Shown here: positions 1-15,874 of the stretch, piece by piece
How the letters are laid out: each line of letters starts with the position of its first letter
Numbering within the stretch: the stretch's first letter is position 1
Assembly (NCBI RefSeq): GCF_009914755.1
Contig: NC_060936.1
Strand: one strand, 5' to 3'
Source: the human T2T-CHM13v2.0 reference genome, Homo sapiens
Length of the DNA stretch: 64,000 bases
Position numbers and translations under genes: made by a program
Notes under the pieces: generated by a model
What the model was told of the DNA's origin: nothing
Database searches by the model: none
What the model saw: the letters and a program-made list of their open reading frames with translations, nothing else

Positions 1-2190
1 ATGATCATTAAGGGGAAAGACTGAAGATGCCTAATCAGAAGGGAGGAAAAATGGGTCAGAAGCTGGAAATGACAGTTGTCAGAAAATAACTGGCAGAGGT
101 AACAGGGCAGCTAGACCTGGGGTATTAGGCAAATCCTTGGGAGAGAGGAGTTCTCATCTGGAAGGGAAAAGTTGGGCAAGGATGTTGGTAGGAAAGGATA
201 GAAGCTGGAGGAGAGGAAGTTGGGAACTCACACTGTGTATCCATATAGGGACAAGATGAGGCTTCTATTTACCTTCTGAGTAGCAGAGAAGGAACTTCCC
301 GACATCAGGCAGGGCAGGGTCTCTGCTGAAGACTGACACCGGTGAGCACCAGCCACTGATGTTAACATTTTTCCCCTAAAAACCAACTTGAGAACCACCA
401 GGGGTATACACACCACATTCTGCAAAATGTTGAGATCACTCCTCTCTAAAAAATATAAAGTGCTTTGGGTAACATTTGATGAATGTCCAAGACTTGTATG
501 TTTCCACGATTATTTCATAGACAAAATATACAACTTAAAACACGCGTGATCTGCTGGTGCACACAAACACACACATCATAGCTAAATGAAAATATCAAGC
601 ATAGAACAGCTTTATTACACATTTTGCCAGTTCCTCATGTTTCTTCAACACTTGGCTTTTCAAAAACAAATTTTCGAGACGTTTTGTCTTTTACACTTTC
701 CAGTTTTCACGGACCAAGATGTTAATAAAAGTAAACAACTTGGGGAAATCGGATGAGCGTTGTCATATTTGTAGATATCAGGATCTCTAAGAAGGAAAAA
801 TGTCATGTTTTGCCCTTAGTGATGTAATAGCACTTACGTGGAAATTCACCCATAGTATGTTAAGTATGTAAACTGTACTCATACTCAAGTTTACCAGACT
901 ATCCAGGTACTAAAACTAACACTAATGCAAATATATTTTAAAGGAATACATAAGTGATAAAAAGTGAAGTGCAGTAGAGTAACTAAGAACAAGTCCATTA
1001 GAGACAGACAGTTCTAAAACACTAGCATCATAGTATCATGTACTAGTATATATTGGTGTAACACACTACCATTATAGGGTTATTGTGAGGATTAAATGAG
1101 AGAGTGTTACATAAAGGATTTAAGGAGCACAGTGCTAAATGTATTTTAGCTGCTATTGTTCTAGCATGAAGAAGAATAAATTTAATAAGCTTCTTAGAAG
1201 TCTGATGGTTTTCATAACTTGGCTTTAATGAGTTTTAAATCCTGGCACTAATTTCCATATAGGCAGGTATATATTCATTCTGTTACCTCAAGGCTGACCT
1301 AATGGACTTGAATCAGCAGTTCCCAGAGTGTGGTGCACCAGCTCCTAAAGGTCCTAGAGTCTTTCAGAGGGCTACCAAGAAAAGAACTATTTTCATAATA
1401 AGTGTAAGGATTATCATTCTAATGTTATTAACAATAGCAAACTAATTTCATAATAATGCTAATCATCTAATACTATTTTTGTTTGTAATTATGTTGACAT
1501 TTGCACTGATGGTGCAAAAGCAATGGTAGGTAACACCACTGATACCTTAGCATGAGTCAAGGCAGTGTTACCCAGCTGTGCTGGTACACATGGTAGTCTT
1601 CACTTTCATGTGCTCATAGAAAAAACAGAAGCTAGTTTTATTAACCAATGTCCCTGACGAAGCAGTACTTCTATTAAGTCCAGAACCTTGAGTGCACATC
1701 TTTTTAATATTTCATGTGATGAAATGGGAAGTACCCACAAAGCACTTCTGCTGTGTACTGAAGTATGATGGTTATCTTGAGGTGAAGCACTTGTACCTCC
1801 GTTTGAGTTGGGAACTAACTAGCCACATTTTTCACGGAACACTGTTTTTACCTGAATGAATGACACAAACTGTGGTATTCAGATTCGGGTATTTGGCAGA
1901 TATTTTCTCAAGAATTAATGAAGTAAGTCTGTTACTTCAAGGAAAACAACTCAAAATATTTGTTACTAATGATAAAACTCAAGCTTAGTAACTTCTCAAT
2001 ACTTAAAGACTTTTATGATGAGATCAGTGGTGGTGATATTAATGAATGTGATTAGGCTGATATTGTGTAATGACATGTGACAATATTTGTAAGATCTGCA
2101 TAACTCAGACATTTTCCAAATGAAAATACATGCTGTTATACAATCAATCATACATATGTAAAAAATCCATTCAAAGTGAAAAATAGATCA

Positions 2191-2581
<391 letters not shown>

Positions 2582-2906
2582 ACTATAACTTGTCAAGTTT
2601 GGGTGTAATATCAAAGAAAAATATCCAAAATGAAAAGGCTACTAAAATATTCCTCCTTTTCCCAACCACATATCTTTGTGAGTCCAAATTTTCTTCATAT
2701 ATTTCAAAATATCATACATTATAGATATATCCAAATACAAGAATTCACTTTTCTACTGTTAAGCCATACATTACAGAGGTTTACAAAAATGAAGAATAAT
2801 GCCATTCTTCTCACTAGTTTTTTTTACATTTAGGACCATATAGTTATTGTTCATAAAAATTCATTATAGTTACATATAATAGGTTTATCATAAATATTTA
2901 AAATGA

Positions 2907-3216
<310 letters not shown>

Positions 3217-3532
3217 AAGAGTGTAATGAGATTCTGAGACCAAAATGTTTAAGAACCACTATTTTGAATAGTTCTGCAAAGTTGGGCTGGTTCTCCCAGA
3301 AAGACAGTGCTTAGAGCCAAACCTACTGTAAGAAGTGAACATTTCCTAGTAAGGTTCAGCAGTGGAACATTGTTAGGAAGGAAATTCAGAAGCTGGAGTT
3401 AGAATTGTAACAGTTCATTTTCACAGTAACAGATAAGTGGAACAGATTAGGACCATTGGGCTCAAGGCAGGCAAACAAAGTCATTTTTTGAAAGATAGGC
3501 TGCATGTCTGCATTAAGGAAAAAGAGCTGAAA

Positions 3533-3833
3533 CTTTTTTTTTTTTTTTTTTTTTTGACAAGTTCTTGCTCTGTCACCCAGACTGGAGTGCAATAGTATGA
3601 TCAGGGCTCACTGCAGCCTTGATCTTCCAGGCTCAACTCACCCTCCCATCTCAGCCTCCTGAGTAGCTGGGGCTATAGGCACACACCACCATGCCTGGCT
3701 AATTTTTTTGTATTTTTTGTAGAGACGGGGTTTTGGCCATGTTGTCCAGGCTAGTCTCAAACTCCTGGGCTTATAAGACCCTCCCACTTTGGCCTCCCAA
3801 AATGCTGGGGTCATAGGCATGAGCCACCCAACT
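3533..3833 (-). mobile_element. AluJ-type element
   Basis: Reverse Alu with J-type features (CTCCTGGGCT, CACTGCAGCCTTGA). Confidence 0.9.
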
Positions 3834-3863
3834 GGTGGAGAGACAGGATCTTGCCATGTTGCC

Positions 3864-4493
3864 TGTTATAAGTAAAATGTTTATTTAGAAACAGAATGCT
3901 TGTTCCTCGGTACCACGAGGAAAAATCAGCATTTAGAGAGAAAGTTTTCTCAGCAATGCAATTTTAGTTTCTGCAGAAAGGGTGCTCCTTGCAGCTGGAA
4001 CAATGGCAAGAGCACACCTGAATAAAGGAAAGAAGCAATTTTTATCCCTTACGCAGTTTGTCCCTGCTACTGTGCCTTGTCTCCATTGGCTGGAGCCAGA
4101 CCTTACAATTTAAACTGAACCTGATAGGCTAACAACTTAAAACTTTTCTAAATAGGTAAAAGCAATGGAGAACAAAGGAAAAGAGGAAGTTATTTATGAA
4201 AAGACTTAGAAAAGTAGTAACATTCCCAAATAGGGAAGGGGCATAGGCTGCAAGCTGGGACATGCCAGTGAGCATGTCCAGCACAGGTATCTTGGTTAAA
4301 GTACATGGACATAGAATGTACTCATTCCCTTAGATCTAACAGCTACATAGGAAAGGGCTTAACAGAGAGTTATTAGCATAAAATAAGGTGGCTTGAAGGA
4401 AGTTAGTCTTTAAAAGAAACCATTATTTCTAACACTTATTATTCATTCTTTAACAAGAAGGGAAGCTTTGAAGAGGAAACTTTACTTTCTACA
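3864..4493 (-). mobile_element. ERV1 solo LTR, LTR10 (HERV-I)-like, inserted into an Alu monomer
   Basis: 630 bp with TG...CA termini and TSD TTGCC (3859-3863) / TTGTC (4494-4498). It splits the Alu phrase TTGCCATGTTGCC|CAAGCTGGTCTTGAACTCC. The minus-strand start TGTAGAAAGTAAAGTTTCCTCTTCAAAG resembles LTR10 from recall. Confidence 0.75.
4258..4279. promoter_or_regulatory. Candidate p53 response element within the LTR
   Basis: GGACATGCCA-GT-GAGCATGTCC is two RRRCWWGYYY half-sites, both with CATG cores and one mismatch in total. Confidence 0.6.
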
Positions 4494-5334
4494 TTGTCCA
4501 AGCTGGTCTTGAACTCCTGGGCTCAAGCAATCCTCCTGCCTCAGCCTCCCGAAGTGCTGAGATTATAGGCAGGAGCCACAGAGCCTGGCCCTGTTTGTTC
4601 TTGATGTGTCTCCAGACATATTAGGGAGAAATTTGTCCTTCTGTGATTCAAATAAGACAAAAGGAAGTGGCAATTGGATCTCACCTCTGGCCCACAATTC
4701 CAGCTCAAGGTGGGAGGTCATAATAAAAAGTGTTAGAACATTTCCTTGCTGGAATGGTAACATGGTCAACTGCAGAAATTTAGCTCTAAGATTGATGTGG
4801 GAATCCCTCAACTGTCTGTCTCCTTTCCAGTCAACAAGTGAACAATGCCAGCCCTGAGGCCCAGGAGCTTTTCAGATTCTGGCCTTCAGTCTAAGGGTAA
4901 CGATGTTAAAACTTGAATATTGTTTAGGCTCTGAATTTAATAAGCGATAAAAACCATGAGAAACTATTTGACCCATTTCAGCCTCTTGATGTTCTGAAAT
5001 TTCCATCTCACTGGGATGAAAAGAAGAAAGGCATGATCCAAGTAAAAAATGGGTTGTCTGTCCAAGAGGAAAAGGAAGCATAGGGACGAATTCTAGCTTT
5101 AGATGGGATTGTTTCTGGAAATAGGAGACACGTAGCACCACCAACGAGGTCAACACCAAGGAATGACTGCAAGTCACCCAGTAGGCTCTCCAAACCTTCC
5201 TTTAATCATTGAGGAAATGTTCCTTCCATATCCACCCAATCCATCTTGGTCACAAAGGACCATTTATCTTCCTCAAGACTGCTTCTATGTGAAGAAAATA
5301 AACAATAATGATTCACGTGATCCCTGGCGTCGGC

Positions 5335-5545
5335 CTGGCTAGATCTCAATCCTGACTCTACCAGTTGTAATGACCTGGGCAGACGATGCCATCTCTCAGG
5401 CTTTAATTTCCTTCTCTGTTAAAATGACAAGCGGCAGTACTGATTTTATAAAGTTCTTGTGAGGATTATCTAAAATAATGACTATCAAGCACTTAATACA
5501 GGACATGGCACACACTGAGTGCCGAATAAACGGTAGTTATTATTA
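5335..5545 (+). mobile_element. MIR SINE
   Basis: MIR-like core: AATCCTGACTCTACCA...TGACCTGGGCA...CTGTTAAAATG...GTGAGGATTA...AAGCACTTAA. Confidence 0.7.
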
Positions 5546-6425
5546 GGGAGGTTCTTTGCTTCGTATTCCCATCTGTGAGCAGTTTTTTCCGTTATTTCTC
5601 CGCAGAAACCCTTTCTCTCCGGGCTGCTGATCTGCGAAGCATCTGGTCCTTCATATCCCTGAGTCATCAGCATGAAGATGCCTGGTTTCCGAAGTCCTCC
5701 CTCCTCCTACTGCTCTCTAGGGCTCCCTCTCCTGACTGCTTAGTTCTCCTGGGGGCCCAGACCTAAATTTCGTGAGGGTATGTCTTTCTCGGGGCCGGGT
5801 CACCAGTCTTGGAGGAATGTCCTCAGTCCCCTTTGCCCCAGACACCACCAGAGATGCGGCAACAGAACTCTGAGGCGCGCCCCGGCTTCCAAGTAGCTGG
5901 GGGCGGGGCCGCGCCTGGAGGTGAGCAGCAGGCGGTGGGCGGGGCCGCGCTCCGTCCGAGGTGAGAGCGAGGCCGGGTGCGAGGCCACACCCCGAGGTAC
6001 GAGAGCTGAGGGCGTGGCCACACCCCAGCTCTGAGCGAGGCTGAGGGCGGAACCGCACCCCGAAGTGGGTGCAAGGCTGGGGGCGTGGCCGCGCGGTGAG
6101 GCAGCCAGGACCGTGAGGGATGCGCCAGCCGCCTCCGCAGGCGGCGCGCGCAGCCGCCCGCAGGGCGTGAGGCAGAGCAGGGGTTAAGGCCGCCGGCGCC
6201 ACCTGGGCGTCGCTGAGGAGACCCGCGAGCCGACGAATCCCGCGCGGGCGGGGCGAACAGGTGCCCGCGCGCGTCAGGCGCCGGCAAGGGGCGGGGCGAG
6301 GGGACGCGGCCGGAAGCCCGGGGCGGGGCGCTGCCGGCCCGGTGAGCCGGGAGGAGCCGGGGAAGGCAGGAAGGAGCTCGCCGGGTTGCGCGGCGCGCGA
6401 TGTGGAGCCGCCGCCTCGGCCCCTG

Positions 6426-6634
6426 CAGCAGCAGCAGCCGCCGTCGCCGCCGCTGCTGCTGGGGCTGCCGCGGAGCCGGGGGTCATGGAGTGCGGCTGCA
6501 GAGAGCGGCCGCCGGCAACAGCAGCAGCAGCAGGAAGCGTCGCGGCGACAGCGGAGCGCAGCCCGCCCCGTGAGGCGCTGCCCGGCCGGCGGCGGCAGCA
6601 GCAGCAGCAGCAGCAGCAGCGGCAGCGGCAACAG
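6426..6634 (+). repeat. Cluster of short CAG/CCG/CTG/CGG triplet repeats
   Basis: (CAG)4 at 6426-6437 followed by CCG-rich sequence and (CTG)3; CAA(CAG)5 at 6516-6533; (CGG)3 then (CAG)8 at 6596-6619. Confidence 0.95.
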
Positions 6635-6643
6635 GGCGGCTGA
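6485..6643 (+). other. Candidate upstream ORF, 52 aa, polyQ-containing
   Basis: GTC-ATG-G strong Kozak context; [52 protein letters not shown]; requires the TSS to lie upstream of 6485. Confidence 0.5.
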
Positions 6644-7009
6644 GAACCCGGCGGCGGCGTTCCTCCTCGCTTCCTCCCCTCCCGCTTCGCCGACCCTCAG
6701 TCTCTGTTCCTGAGTCCTCCCTTCCCCAGCCTTCCCGTTCCCACCACCTACTCCGCCACTACCCCCACCCCCTCCTCCCGCGCGCGCCTGAGCAGCTGAG
6801 CCCGGGGGCGGGGGAGGGGGCGCGTGCCGCCGGCGCGGGGGAGGGGCGGGCCGGCGCGCGCCGCGCCCAGGGCTCGCGGGGACCCGGGGGCGCGTGCCGC
6901 GGCGCGAGGCGAGGCGCGGGACGCGGGGCGGCGCGGCAGGGCCCCTCCCCCCTGCAGCCTGGCGCGCGCGGGCCGGGCCGCACCGCTGCGGGCTCCGCGC
7001 GCGCGGGCC

Positions 7010-7438
7010 ATGTCCGCTTTCTGCCTGGGCTTGGTCGGCCGCGCTTCAGCACCCGCCGAGCCGGACAGCGCCTGCTGCATGGAGCTGCCCGCCGCGGCCG
7101 GGGACGCAGTCCGGAGTCCCGCCGCCGCCGCCGCCCTCATCTTCCCCGGGGGCTCCGGGGAGCTAGAACTGGCGTTAGAGGAGGAGCTGGCGCTGCTGGC
7201 GGCCGGGGAGCGGCCGTCCGACCCCGGGGAACACCCTCAGGCCGAGCCTGGGTCTCTGGCCGAGGGGGCCGGACCGCAGCCGCCGCCTTCCCAGGACCCC
7301 GAGCTGCTGTCGGTGATCCGACAGAAGGAGAAGGATCTGGTGTTGGCGGCCCGGCTGGGTAAGGCGCTGCTCGAGAGGAACCAGGACATGAGCCGGCAGT
7401 ACGAGCAGATGCATAAGGAGCTGACAGACAAGCTCGAG
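7010..7438 (+). CDS. BICDL1: BICD family-like cargo adaptor 1 (BICDR-1/CCDC64), coding exon 1 (aa 1-143)
   Basis: GCC-ATG at 7010; MSAFCLGLVGRASAPAEPDSACCMELP...KEKDLVLAARLGKALLERNQDMSRQYEQMHKELTDKLE is recognised as the BICDL1 N-terminus with CC1-box AAxxG; donor GAG|GTGAGG at 7438/7439; 429 nt, phase 0. Confidence 0.97.
7045..7072 (+). promoter_or_regulatory. Non-canonical (spaced) RE1/NRSE REST-binding site inside the CDS
   Basis: TTCAGCACC (7045-7053), 9-nt spacer, GGACAGCGCC (7063-7072); both half-sites match the consensus exactly. Confidence 0.7.
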
Positions 7439-9544
7439 GTGAGGACCTCCCTCCAGGGATGGGTGGGGAGCAGGGGCCGCCCAGGCACGCGCCCGGCCCT
7501 GGGCAGTTAGGGAACCACTCACCCCCACTTCGTTGCTCACCCTACCTCGCAGAAAATCTGGAATGAATGGGGGAGGGAGGATGGAGGATTATCAGATTTC
7601 GTTGAACCCACTTGACTTCCCCACCCCGCTCACAGCAAATGGGTCCATGCGTGGCTCCAGCCGCTGTGGGCCGTTCTATATACGTACTGTACCCAGCATC
7701 TAAAATAGAGCTTACAGTATGACTATATAGCACTGAGGTGATGTCTGCATACAGAGAAATGAGGAAGTCGGGAAGCATTTAAAATATGTTGCAGGTTTTC
7801 AGAGTAGTTAATCTCTAATCAGGGTGTTAGCCTAAAGCCTTCCAGTTTGGGCGTTAAGGCCTTTAGATGCCCTTGTCTTAACTTCCTGGCAGCTCAGAGT
7901 TGTGGGAAACAAGTGCCCCTAAAGGAGCTTTATATAGCCTTCAAATGCTCAGGGATTAGGAAATGTGGTTCCATTGCAGAAATCAGGCGAGCCAGGGCTC
8001 AACATGTGACCGCTGGTAGTGGATTTAATTTGGGCCTCAGTATTTATGTGTATTTAAACAGTACTTTTCTGTGTTCTGGGTCTCAGGCTTGCAATTGAAT
8101 GACCAAATGCAACCTATGAGAACCATATTACTTTAACTTCTGTTATAAAATACCTGTTAAGGTATCCGTAATATTTCTGCCAGTTCTCTAGGCAGTCTTT
8201 CAGAGTTGTTTGTTTTCTTGCCCTTAACTAGAAAAGGGCCTTGAATGCAGTACAGAATGCCAGCATTTCTAAAAATTAGATTGCAAAAAAAAGGGGCAGG
8301 GGGATGGGGAGAGGGAGTCACCTGTGACTTACCTTTCCTGCCTGTGCGTTTACTATTATTGTTACCTAGTTTGGTTGCAGCCAGCTCTTTTCATTCTTAG
8401 TTACAGCAAGAGAATAGTACAGACCTGAATGAGGTTTGAAATTGACCCTAGTCAGGTTCCGTATCTCTGCTACTGGTTGAACAGTCAGAATGGAAATTCA
8501 GAAATATTCTGTAATAAGATTTAAGTATGCCTATAGTCCAGCGACGTAAAAGTAAATCCGGGAGAAAAAAAGGAAACCTGTGAGTGCCCTGTAGTTCGGT
8601 TGTCCTGCTAACTAGGTCTGCCAGTCGATGAACTCCTGAGATACCTCTCTGAAAAGTCGTTTGTGAAACCTATAGGTAGACTGCCAAAAAGCAGCCTAAT
8701 GAATTGAATTGTTTAATTTTCACTTGAAGTAGAGGTCTAGAAATAAAAAGCCTTCCTTTTTTTTTTATAAAGAGATTCAGTTGTACGACTTTGTAAAGAA
8801 GTACAACTACAGAGATTTATACTTGTGATTTGAAATTTCTTCAGTGAAGGACTTGATTGAAGAGACAGCTGACTTGAAAGGAGCACCGTATCAGTTTGAT
8901 TAGTGCCAGATTTCATAGTAATCCTGAGTGTGCAATTACATACATTCTGGGTTCCATGTGGAGCCTTTATACATTTCTTCAACATAGGGCAAAGATTTCA
9001 GAATGGTAACAAAAAAAGGTTGTATTGTAAAAGAATAAATTATCTTTGACATTTTGTTATTTACTTAATGGACAACAATAGTTTAAAACTCTTTAAACTA
9101 TTTTTTAAAACCTTCATTCCTCTGCAGGTCAGCATATGAACTCTAGTTTTAAAAGTTCAATTTTAAGTTCTGGAGATAGTCGCACAACAATGTGAATATA
9201 ACTAACATATACTTAACATATACTTACAGGCCAAATATTGATCATTGTTGAAACTCAGTGATGAGGGGAGTCAGTTATATTATTTCTTATAGGTAGGTTT
9301 GAAAATTATAAAAAATTTTAAAGTTTTAAAAATGTTCATTAAAGATACTAAGAGAGTACCATTAGTTGCTTGTTAATCTTTCTAGTGTTAATGTGAGAGT
9401 GACAAACCTGGTTTACAGAGTACTGTTTTATTTGACACCTCCGGTTTAGTTTTCCCCACAGTACATTGTTTGAACAATGTAGGTTTTAGAATGTCTGTTT
9501 AGACAATACTTTCTAACGTTCAGTACAAACTGCTGTACTTTGTA

Positions 9545-15298
<5,754 letters not shown>

Positions 15299-15658
15299 GG
15301 ATTTTAGTTGTGGGACTCATTTTTAGTTGTTTAAATGTATAGTTCACCAATTGATTAGATGATTGGCAAATTTCAAGTGAACTCCCTAGTCTAGAACCTC
15401 ATGCCTAAGGATAAGAATAAACATAATAACTTTAAGTATTTTCAGTAAGAATGGCGTTCTCTTTGTGAAACCAACTTCTTCCCTGCTCTGGAAGAAGGAA
15501 TATTTTTGTAGCTGTGAATTCGGCAACTTGTCCTATGTGGTAGGGTGTTTTATTGTGTCTACTGACTAGGAAAAAGAAAAGTTGGGACAGCGCGGAGAGA
15601 AAAAATAAAAGGCTGTGGAATTTTTATCAGTGTTTAAATCCCTTCACTTTTCACCCAG

Positions 15659-15874
15659 CACTTAGAGCAAGAGAAACATGAATTGAGAAGACGATTTGAG
15701 AACCGAGAAGGGGAGTGGGAAGGCCGAGTGTCAGAGCTGGAGAGTGATGTGAAGCAGCTACAGGATGAGTTGGAGAGGCAGCAGATTCATCTGCGGGAAG
15801 CAGATCGAGAAAAATCACGGGCTGTCCAGGAACTGTCGGAACAGAACCAAAGGCTATTGGATCAGCTCAGCAGG
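15659..15874 (+). CDS. BICDL1: BICDL1 coding exon 2 (aa 144-215, coiled coil)
   Basis: Acceptor CCCTTCACTTTTCACCCAG|CAC and donor AGG|GTGAGT; 216 nt, phase 0-0, in frame with exon 1: [72 protein letters not shown]. Confidence 0.97.

Larger units (their letters stand above)
5830..7530. promoter_or_regulatory. BICDL1: CpG island / BICDL1 promoter and 5' leader
   Basis: Very high GC and CpG density; multiple GGGGCGGGG, GGGCGTGG and CCACACCC (SP/KLF) boxes at 5900-6330; no clear TATA box; overlaps coding exon 1. Confidence 0.92.

Noticed and set aside
5313-5320. TCACGTGA E-box upstream of the CpG island
   Set aside because: A single 8-mer without supporting context; could be chance
5717-6631. 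304-aa minus-strand ORF and the other long overlapping ORFs in the CpG island (5823-6287, 6261-6713, 6748-7140, 7175-7540)
   Set aside because: Mostly non-ATG starts and low-complexity P/R/A/G/L composition with no recognisable domain; stop codons are simply rare in very GC-rich DNA
7439-7510. Extension of the exon 1 ORF to 7510
   Set aside because: Read-through past a strong GAG|GTGAGG donor; the spliced frame joins exon 2 exactly
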